Origin: Paragordius varius | Taxonomy: Eukaryota; Animalia; Nematomorpha | Assembly: GCA_964247055.1 (NCBI GenBank) | Contig: OZ176054.1 | Location: 5,766,001-5,830,000, forward strand | Direction of reading: 5' to 3' | DNA length: 64,000 nt | Part shown: in pieces, positions 1-12,000 of the stretch | How positions within the stretch are numbered: the first letter of the stretch is position 1 | Layout: the number at the start of each line of letters is the position of its first letter | Program-made: the position numbers and the translations under genes | Notes under the pieces: model-generated | What the model saw: only the letters and a program-made list of their open reading frames with translations | Database searches by the model: none | What the model was told of the DNA's origin: nothing

Positions 1-3000
1 AAAAATTCTGGTTCAACGCAAAATATAAGAAAGAAGCCCGTCACATATAACTCTAGCAGGTTAAAGAATGTCATTTCATTAAATTGGAATAATTTTCGAT
101 CCTTAATGTTTATTTGATATTTTAATCCGGCATTACTGTTCCTTATTTATTAATTACATAATTTTTATGCGGAAACAGTATATATGGCTTACTACTGACC
201 CACGTTGTATTTGATTTCCCTAATATACCTACTTTTTGACCTAGGATTAACCAAAACCGTTTGGATACGGTTCTGCAAAATTAATGCGGCACCATAAAGT
301 TCTAATAACAAAAAATTATTTTTGCGAAAAATTTTTTTGATTCCGTCCCTATTTCAGTGTTTTTGGAAAAATAATAATTGCGCTTTTCATTTTTTTTTGA
401 AATGATACTTATTTAATTTTAAAGGTATATATTTTGATAAATTATGAATAAATAACTTCAAAAATATTACATTTAAGCTACCCATATTTATAAGTATGCT
501 ACTTTTCACTGTAAATACTTAAATATATGAGCAATATAAATATAAAGTTAACGTTGCAATTAAAATTCAAAAATGTTGAAGAATCACAAAATTACTTTTA
601 ACCGTTTTCGGATTTTTTATCACAAAACAGGTGGTTCCGAACCCAGTTCGAATCCCTGTTTTATTTATTTTTATTTAAAACCGGATTTTTAGACGTGTAA
701 AAAATTACCAATTTTCGTTACATTTTTCTTTTAAAAAATGTAAAAACATACTTGATGATCAAGCAATGCATATGCATTTGGATCGGAAGCAAAAAAGTTG
801 AACCATACATAATTGTAATCCTCAAAAGTTAAAATATGTGGGACAGTTTTAATCAAAAATAAATAAATCATATTTATGGGGTTAATGCTTATTAATTTTT
901 CTATTTGGCCCATATCATCTTGTTCTATCAACATGTATCGATATAAATCAATCATTCCTGCCAAATTAAAAAGTCACAATACCAAATTTCTCAAGATTCA
1001 CATTTTTTTCTGACAACAAATCCGCTATAATAGTTATCAAATCTTTAATGGTATCATAGGGGACTACAGTTTCTGTTGTTTCCAAACTTTCTTCCTAAAA
1101 TATAAAATAAATTTCAAAACTTTTTTCCATTTATCTAATTCATTGTTAAATACGGGTATGAGCTCATTCAAAAGTGAAGAGTACGATTCCATATCCTTCA
1201 TAGACGTGTCTAATTGTGTTGTATCCTTTTCCAGTTCAATAATTTTTTCCAACAGTTCATCTCGTTTTGCTAACGTATCATTTAGTTCGGATTCACATTG
1301 TTTTATACTTTCATCCGTTTTATTCTTTTTTCTATTTGGAAATAAAAATTTGATAAAAGAATATGATTATTTAAAGATAAATAAATGACTTACGTATTTA
1401 AGGTGTCTAGCTTATTTGTAAGTGGGGCCATTTCTTGACGCATTTTAGCATACGTATGAATAGTTTTAACCCAAAAAGCCAATGAAGTCACCACAGATGA
1501 AGCATGATGAGCAACCTATATGATAATACATTTTTTCATCTTACGTTTTCTTGAAATGATTTACCATGTTCTTTCAAATGTTTTTCAAAATCTTCTATAT
1601 TTTTTCGTCTTATTTTGAGGACATCAAAATTAAGAATATCCTGTTTAAAGGCCTTTTTCGTTAGCCACCTAGAATAATAGCGTATTATCGGATAAAGTTA
1701 GGTCACACGCAATTTTAATTCAAATTTCGTATATAATAAAACAAACTTTCGCATGTTAATCCATGAAGTATCCTTTACACCAAGCAATTTAGCGATCCCT
1801 TCAATAATATCCCGCACCACTTCAGGCGGATTTTTTAGACTCTTAATTTCATTTAAGTCGTCCTCTTTCAAATTGACAATTTTGCGCTTGGCTTCTTCAA
1901 TTAAGGGTAAAACCTTTTCTAACTCTACATTTAGTAACTGCGTTTGTTCATCCAATATTTTTATGAAATCGTTTTGTTGAGATTTTAATGTTTCTAAATG
2001 TTTTTCTTTTTTATCTGTCTCCTGAAAATTAATTATTATTTCCATAAAATACAAAAACTTCAATCAAAATGTTAATGGTTTGAGAACTGTGTTCGAATGC
2101 TTTCCGCTTTTCAGATAGGTTAATTAAATGCGTTTTGTTGTCATCATTAATTTTGTCCAAATTAGCGTGAAAGTTAGCTAGTAATTTTAAACCAACCTAA
2201 AATACATATGGCAATGATATACTTCTAAATTATTTTTATAATTTTCGCTGTTTGTTTGGTAAGCTATCAAAATCTTATACATTATGTAATGTAAATCTTG
2301 CGCTTCTATGGGGCAGTCATTCAACAAATTGTATCTTATATTCTTGATTTCCATATTTGAATCGATAAAGTCAATAACTTTTTCAGACTAAACCTTTATG
2401 AAAAAAATAAGATACAATAATCGGGGATTTCGTTTGACAAATAAGAGTTTGAGGAATTAAATCGGTATATTTTTCAAGTATTTGTTGGGCAATTCGTTTT
2501 GACGGTACTTGTAAAAAATATTTAGTTTTATTGGTATTAAAATTGATAATCGATGTGTTCAGATTATTCATGAATTGATCAATATTCAATATTTGGTAAT
2601 AGTTGATAAGGCGAATATAATCATTTCTTTCACACATATTCTGTGGCTAAAAACGAAATTATAAATAACGTGTTACCTTTTCCATAAACCATTGAGAATC
2701 TCCCCATGTTTTATAAGTCATAACATTCACTTCATATTTTTGAGCAAGATTCGTATTATTAATTGATTGTAGTGTGGCATCATTAGAAACAATTATACAA
2801 AGGTTATAGGGTAAAATTTTTATACTAGATAAAAGTTTTTCCAATTGAAAGTTATGGTTAAGATCCTCTATTTTATCATACAAATGGTTCAATTCCTTCT
2901 TATGTTTAAGGAATCCGAATAATTTTTCGTTAATCTTTTTATTACCAATTAGTTTTGATGTTAAAACAAAATACATGGAAAAACTTTTGATGAAGCATAC

Positions 3001-6000
3001 AAATTCCAAATCTAACGATTCTTTTGTACATGCCATGAAGTTTTTATTTATATAATCAAAAAACATCAGAAAGAATTGTGATTTACTCCCGTTTTCAACA
3101 TGGTTAAATGTTTCATAAACCTGGATATAATTGAAATATATATTAATTTTAATTTTATAGTGCGGGTAATAAAAATATAATTTTAACAAAAACTTACCAT
3201 ATTTAACGTTTTAAAGATTGTTTTAACCATTGCTTCTCTTACATCGTATGGGATTAAACTCTTTTGAAGAATTTTGTTTAAGGTATCATCATCAAACAAT
3301 CTAGAAAAAAAAATATATTAAAAATTTTACGGCAAAGTAATGATCGCCATTCTGGATTTTAATTCTTCTGCAAATGATTCGTTTGAAACAACATTCCCAT
3401 GTTGTACAAACATAAAAATATCAATGTCACATTTATATAAGTGAATTCCCACATATAACTCTTTTCGGCAAATAAACTACGGTTTTTATATAGTTAAACT
3501 TGTTTCCAAAATGATACCATTTTGACACAAGAAGTAACATGACTAAAATCAACACCCAATAATAGATTTTTATTTTTGGATTTTAAATATATGACATTTC
3601 CCTCGTTCTCTGCGTTTGTGATTTGACAAAAAAAATTTAATAAATATTCGGCATATTGGTCAATTTCGAAATTAGGTGTAATTACTATATCGTGGGTAGA
3701 CGAAAATATTTCTCTCACAAAAAAATTTATTGATGATAGGTGGTATGAAGTCAAGAGCAATATTTGATCTGAATTTCTTGAAACGTTGGTATATAATTCT
3801 TCACAAATGTTTATTGAAATATTAAGCATGGGATCTAAGTCTGAAAGCAGGCATGATCTTCCAGTATTGCGCTGTATAATGACATTTTTTTGTTCATATG
3901 GAGTTTGATTATCACAATAGTTATAATCAAACCATAGTTGAGCAATTTCTGCGTCAAGACCAATTTTTTTGAATAAACAAAACATTTTCCACAAACCCGT
4001 CATTGTAGTTAAATTTCTGATCTTTAATGGTAATTGTTGATATTGAGATTCATAAAATTGAAAGTTATCACTAAGCGTCCTTAAACATAACCTAAATTAA
4101 AGTATAAACAAAAAATATATATATACTTATCCCGGGTGTCCAATATTTGAACGCGGGAAACGGTTGCAGGAGTTATGTGGTCAATGTTTGAAGTTTTAAA
4201 AATAAATTTTATTGGAGTTACATTTGGTTCAAATGGTTGATTTAACAAAATAGTTTCACCCGACAAAAGAAGGATAGACCGATTATCATCTAAAGCGGAA
4301 TTCAATGTTTCTATCCATTCTGGTAATATGTAACCATCAAAAACAATCCAACGGGGTAGACCTGGGAAAAGTTTGGTTTAAAAGAATATATCCATTTCAT
4401 ATAATATAATATTGTAATAAAATTTAATTCCTGTAAAAACATTTCATCCTCTTTTTGCAAAAACACGGGACAACTTAGTAATTAAACTTTAGGTATAAAT
4501 AGGCAATTAATTAACTGAGATGAATCATTTTTTTTATTTTTTGAAGCAGGGCTTATTTTGAAGTTACATATTGATACAAACTATAATATGAATATGAATT
4601 TTTGATTTTAGGCAAAAAAATATAAAAAATTCACCAATTCGTATGCATAAAGTATATCACCAAAATGAAATGCCCCAAAGGTAAAAAACAATTAACCGCA
4701 AAAAAATTCCGCACTAAAATGAAGGAAACCGTATATTTTAAGACAATAACATTGATTAATAAAATTATATTTATTTCTTTAGATAATTGATATAAACATG
4801 ACTTACGTGGGTCTTGCAATAAAAGTTCTTTTATTTTTTTAATTAAAATTCCATCGTGCCAAATTTTATCGTCCGTAAAATACCCAAACATTTGAGAATA
4901 GGTAAGTGAATTTGGATAAATTACGAAAACACTTTCGTGCTTTGAATTATTCACTGAATTAACATAATAATTCCAAAGGCAATTTATGATACATGTTTTT
5001 CCCATGACATTAGGACCAATATATAAAATACCATCTCTATCTTTCAAATGTGAGTCTAAAACCAAACACTGTTTAATCAGGATGGATATGTTTAAACCAT
5101 AATTATCACTATTTAAGATGTTAGGATCTGACTTTATATAGTTAATTATTGCATTTTCTTGCATTTCAATCAAGAATTTGGGTATTTGATCGAAGCTACG
5201 AGAGTGTCCAGGTACACAATTAAAAAAGTAATGGATTAACTCGCGAAATAATATTCGATCTGAACCGGTCATTCTAATCTCAAACAAATAATATATGGTA
5301 TATCCTAACGTTTCTAAATTACAATCTTCTCTACGTGTTTCAATGGCGTGATACAGGAATGTCAATGACCATAAAATAGTTCTCAGACTCCAATTGTAGG
5401 ATAAATGGTCTGTTACAACCGCAGATACATAATCATAAAACATCTCAATTCTTTTAGCATACGCCTTAAGTTTTATATCGATTAGAATTAGCATTGTTTC
5501 AATTATTTCCATCGTATCAGGATGTTTCATACTTATGGGCACAAAGATTTCATTTATAAACGAGGGAAGGTTAATCCTATCACCGTACTCTTCGTTTGCT
5601 GGATTCATAGTTATCATATATTTCGTTTGTGTAACCTATATTTATATTAAATGTTTATAGAATAAATATAGTCTCTTATTGTTACACAGTTTAATTATAA
5701 AAGGTATATTTTTGGTGTGTGGAATTATATAATAAGGAATATTTACCTGATTTATGTCTGTTTTAAATTTTAGATAAACTTTGCACATTTCCTCCTGATT
5801 CAGTCTGTTGAATTCATCAAAGCAACACCAAAAGTTGCATTTTTGACTACCCTCAATCAGACAATCAATATCCTTCAAATTAATATCCTAAAAATATAAT
5901 AATGCACATGTAAATGCAAAAAAGTAGGCACAAATTTTAAAAACTTTATAAATTTTGCTAACATATCTGTAAGCACCAGGCTAAGATTTATTTAGAAAGG

Positions 6001-9000
6001 GATATCTAACACTAAAAATGTACATCTTTTAAACTTGTGGACAAAAGATGCTAAAAGAGTTCCCCAACTTTCGGGCCGCGGCCGAGACATTATGTGCGTC
6101 AAGTGAAAAATTTGATAACTTGCAAAAATATGCTCACAAAATCTTAGCAAAATTAATATTTTTTTAAACAAATTTTTTAAATAAATTTATTTAATTGGCA
6201 AAAACAAGAAAATTTTTTTTATATTGTGTTTGTATTTTACAGTCTTAAGTTCTATCCAATCCGGCCCGCCATTTTTTTTCCATAGATGGAATATGAAGTG
6301 AAATCAGTTTTTTCAAAAAATATAAAATTCTGGGCTAATATCATATATTAATTTCATCTCTATTTGTAATTTTTGAAAAAAAACAAGTTCAGTTTACTTT
6401 ATGGCAATTGACAATGATAATGCTTCGCCCAAATATTTTTGCTAACTCTTTTATTGCTTCCGTTTTTCCCGTTCCGGCAGGGCCATAAAAAGCAAAATTC
6501 GTATTGTTTGTAAAAGCTAGGGAAAATGTGAAAATTAATAAAATATACCATTTACAATTCAATTTCACCCTTAAACAATTCAAATTCCCCCTTGAACAAT
6601 AAAAATTCACCCTAGAACAATTCAAATTTACCCTCAAATAAAATATATGTTTTTTAAGATTTAAAATTAACAATATTTTATATATTTTTAAAAAATAAAA
6701 ATTTTGTTTTAAATTAAAATAATACTGTAAAATAATAAACTATAACATAAACATATATTTCATATTAATAATGAGTTATATTAGTTCGAATATACATAAT
6801 TTATTTTTAGGGTGAATTTGAATTGTTCCAAAGTGAATTTGAATTGTTCAAGAGTGAATTTGAACTGTAAATGGAATATTTTTTAATTTATACAGTTATA
6901 TATATTCGAGTATACCATTTATAGCATGTAAATAAGAATTTTCCAATGAATTCGTATGAATAATAGGGCTGGTTAATGATTGCAATTGGAAAGCGTAATT
7001 ACAATCAAAGCCCCAATATTTAATGCAAACGGTGAAATCTTCCTTTTTATCCACATAACATCTATGAATAAATATTAAACGAAATTTAAAATCTCTTTTT
7101 CCTTTTATATTAAACGGTATGTAATGATCACATTGTATCAGGACTCGTATAAGCTTTAATCGTCTGCTTGGGGCTGACAGGGATGATAAAATTTTGCAGT
7201 TTAGAGTTTGAACTCTGGCATGCCACACGAACAATGTAAGAGTCCGGCGTCCTACCTACTATACCATCACGCCTTTGATATCAAGGATATATAGTTATAT
7301 AAATGTAATTACCTAAAAACCTTAGACCAAGCTTTGTTTCGTTCTTCCCATTCATCCAAATCTATTAACCGGACTAATGTTTTAACCAAATAAATTTGTT
7401 GTACAATAATGACCTATTTATTACATATATAGAGCATAGGATAATTTACATATATTTTTTTCTCATATTGATTATTGTCGTATTTCAAGGCCGTCGTAAG
7501 AAACTGTAAAAAATCATTTGCTTTATTCAACATTTCCGCGATAAATTTTGTATCCCTCAAATGTTTTTCGACCAAATTGGTGAAAGCTATCAATCTGCCC
7601 AGTAATACTAACTTTAAGCATGGATTAAAACAATATAAAATCATACTGAATATGGTATATTTTGTATGTGTGACACATAATCTACTATAGTAATATCCCT
7701 GACCAAAAAAACGCAATTAATGCTCTCGTAATTGGTTGCAAGGATATCCTTTAATGTTTCGAAAATGGTAATGTCAAGTTGTACCATCCATTTCTATGTT
7801 TTAAGAAAAATTTAGAAAATAAATAAATTTCGCAATCAAAATGTAAACGGTTTCACCAAAATGACAATAGCAAAAGTAGAATAAAATTGTATAAACCCGC
7901 TATTTTAAATATTAATTAACAAAATTATAAGACATCAAAAAAATATATTTAATTTCATTGTTTGGGCTATAAATGAAATCCAAAAATTATACTCTAACAA
8001 AATTTGTATTACCTTTCGCAAAAAAGTACTTTTAAATCAACCAAAACTCACCTTAACATCCATAGCTGTTGAAATTGGACTCACCAGTTTAATAATTTCA
8101 TTTGAATCGGTTTTGAATGATAAAATTTCATTGTTTTCACCAACAAAATATTTAATAGCGTTTCCATACAAGGTACGAGCATATTTATTAAGGATTTTCG
8201 ATTTAGATTCATCGCTTAAAAATTCAAGCACTTGACTGTTGGATATAAAATGCCATCTTGGTACTTGTTTTCGTTGTTCCTATATAGTTTTTGGGTAACA
8301 AAAGAATTTGATAAATATACGTCAGGTATGTGTGACCTATACAAATGGCTTTACGGGCCACATAAATTTATAGTTATCAAATAATATTTAATTAGATAAA
8401 CATGATACTGTAAATAGCGAAGCTAATTACTTCTTTTAATTTTAACAATTTTTGTTATTTTTTGCCAAAATTTGGAAAGATTATTCAGAATTTTAAAAAA
8501 ATTATAATGAATTTTAAAATAACATATTTGGCAATTATGGAACTTGGTATTTTTTTAATAATTTGCCAAATTTTTGCGGGCTACACAAAATATTTCGAAT
8601 TTGCTCTATGTGGACTGAACAAAGACTTTATATATATATAATATTTACCGTAATGAATAACATAAGTAAGTTATTGCATTCTGATAATTTTGACTGTATT
8701 GTTTGTAAATCTTGACATTCCTTTTCCAAACTAAATGGCTCCAATGTATTTAATTCAAACAGGTAAAATACGATACCGACACTTTCTTTCCATATTTTAA
8801 ACAAAATAGCGCTTAATGTTTCCGTGACCTCAGAAAATATTTGGAGAAAAGATGAGTTAAGAAGCACGGAATAGCTGGTATAACTTTCAAGTTGCATCCA
8901 TTGTATTACAGTTAAGTTTATCAAATTCAGTAAGTGACTAATTTTATTAAAGGCATCCATCCATCCTTCAACCTTTTTACCAATCTCATCAGTTTTTTTG

Positions 9001-12000
9001 AACGTATTTTGCAGGAAATTTATTTTTTCTTCAATCTACACAAAGTTAAAGATTTTTCACAAATAAAGTTTTAATTGTAATGGTGTTTGTTATAATAGGT
9101 TTTTATGGTTAATATTATGAAAGCGTGGTAATCTTATAAAATAATTCAAAATATTTACATGGGGTAAAATATATAAACTATTTAAAAAAATACAATAAAT
9201 TAATCAACTATTTAAAATTGGAATTATTCTTCATATAACTCATGACCTAATCAATGGTGGAATAAAAAATTAAACGCTCAAATTAATATTAATACCTAAA
9301 TCTACATATATATACCATATACAATTCAAATTCACCCTTGAACAATTATTCACCCTAAAAATAAATTGTGTTTTCGGGGTAATAACTCATCATTAATATG
9401 AAATATAATACGACATAGTTTATTATTCTTTCAGTATTATATTAATTTTAAACAGAATTTCATATTTTAAAAATATTATTAAATAAAGGTAATTTTTAAT
9501 CTTAAAGAACACATAATTTATTTTACGGTGAACTTGATCTGTTCAAGGGTAAATTCGAATTGTTCAAAGGTGTTTGTAGATTATTCAAGGGTGGATTTGA
9601 ACTATAAATTGTATATTACAGTATGCATTTAATGTATGTTCAGTAATTTTATTGCCAGTCGAATAACATAAATGGTTTATCCAATGCGTAAAATACTGAC
9701 CCACGAAATTATTTTGTAAAACACATATGAAAGAGGATTGACGTGAGAATTAACATAGGCTTTAATTTGATGGATATTTTGTAATGTTAAATTTTGAGAA
9801 TATTATAGCAATTTATGTTAACATTTTTAATATTGTTGTTAGGTATTTAGATGCGGAATTTTGTGGGTTTTTATATTTGATAAATTAATAAATAGTAAAA
9901 TCCGTATTTTAAGATATTTTATGTTAATTATTCCTAAATTTAATAATAAATATTTTTCAACATGCTAAATACCTGTATTAATCAATCTTGGTATTATAAT
10001 TTTATATAGTTGTTATTACTAAAAACACAGGTAAATGCATATTTGTGAAAATTTAAGTAGATTTTTGTCTTTTATGTTTTGCATTGTTAATTATTAAGAA
10101 TTTTTAAGTATTTCAGACATTTTAATCACTTATTCGGTAAATTTAGTCAAATTTAATTTTTTTTTATGTAACATTGTTAATTGTAATCAATTACTACATA
10201 TTTTGGACATTTTAATAAATACAGGTAAAAATTTCGGTTTTTAATAAATTTATTAAAAATTTAGTTTTTTTTGTTTTTTAGGTTTTGCATTGTTAATTGT
10301 AATTAATTACTACATATTTTGGACATTATAATAAATAAAGGTAAAAATTTTAGTTTAACAAAATTTATGTATTATCCAAAAAAATTTTTGTTTTTTAGGT
10401 TTTGCATTGTAAATTATACATAGACTTGAAATATTTTACATACTATAATAAAGATAGGTAAAAATCAATGTTTTTCGGTTTTGTATGTAATTAATTATAA
10501 ATACCAACCAATATGAAAAATAATCTATATTCCCATAAAAATCGATATATAGATGCAAATAAAATATATTTATTAAAAATTTTAGAGGTTTAAATCGATA
10601 ATACAAAATATACTAAGCTCCAAAACTATGAATAAGAAGCATATTATTTTTAGTTATAAATAAATTTATTTATATATAATAATATAATATAAATCATAAT
10701 TCAATGTTGGAATCATCCACCTTTATGGTCGATCTCTATTATCATTGTCATTGACCGTCTTGTATGTTAGATTTGCTACATAATGAATAATATCATCAAT
10801 TATTATAATAGGACAATTGAATTTTGAAAACACTGATTGCAATAGTGTGGGATCTTATTATCAGTAACATTATAATTTATACACTTGTTCGATATTCTTT
10901 ATAATCCGGGTGATCATCTAAATAAAAAAAGATTATTGGGTTTTTAAAAATTATAATCGCTATCTCTTTTTTATGAAATCTAATAAAAATAACTGATAAA
11001 AGACTCAATTTATCATCCAAAAGATCATTGGAAAACGTGGATAAAATTAAGAATATTTTACCATTATTCTCTGGGATGATTATATCAGCTAACATAAAAG
11101 ATAGATGAGTTTTTATGGAATTTAATAAAATGATATTACTGTTACTACAATTGCTTCCCTGAATTCCATAACTATTATCACAATCAGAAACGCTAATCGG
11201 TGCTAACACCAATTAAAATAAAAAATAAATTAACCTTCATAAAATTGAAAAAATGTTTTTTTATAAAAAAGAAAATAAAAAATGTTATAAATTTTCAATC
11301 TGCATTTTCTTTATAAGAGCCAAAACTAAAAAAACACGAATCTCCTTCATAGTGTTAACAAAAAATACAAATTTGATAAAATTTCCTTCTTCGCACTCAT
11401 ACCATGCCAGAAAAGCAGTGTAGGGAATTTTTCGTGCTGTTTTGGTTGCTATAAAGAAAATGTAAAAGAAAACTGTAAAAAGATCATTTTTAATTTTTTT
11501 TATAATGAAAAAAGTCATTTTGAAGGTAAATTATTTTTGTATTAATTAGGGGATTCTAACAATGAGAATGTGTTAGCTCCCAACAGTATTTCGGATTGTG
11601 ACAGCTATGTTCATAAAAAAGAGATGGTGATTATAATTTTTAAAAACCCAATAATCTTTTTTTATTTAGATGATCACCCGGATTATAAAGAATATCGAAC
11701 AAGTGTATAAATTATAATGTTACTGATAATAAGATCCCACACTATTGCAATCAGTGTTTTCAAAATTCAAATGTCCTATTATAATAATTGATGATATTAA
11801 TCATTATGTAGCAAATCTAACATACAAGACGGTCAATGACAATGATAATATAGATCGACCATAAAGGTGGATGATTCCAACATTGAATTATGATTTATAT
11901 TATATTATTATATATAAATAAATTTATTTATAACTAAAAATAATATGCTTCTTATTCATAGTTTTGGAGCTTAGTATATTTTGTATTATCGATTTAAACC

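Noticed and set aside
630-660. GTTCGAATCCC, a tRNA T-loop/B-box-like motif
   Set aside because: No cloverleaf or acceptor stem upstream; it looks like the end of a small intronic inverted-repeat element (about 241-658).
11390-11445. PTLLFWHGM on the minus strand, resembling palmitoyl-protein thioesterase WHGMGD
   Set aside because: No following GDSCC or GxSQG motif in any plausible splice; likely chance.
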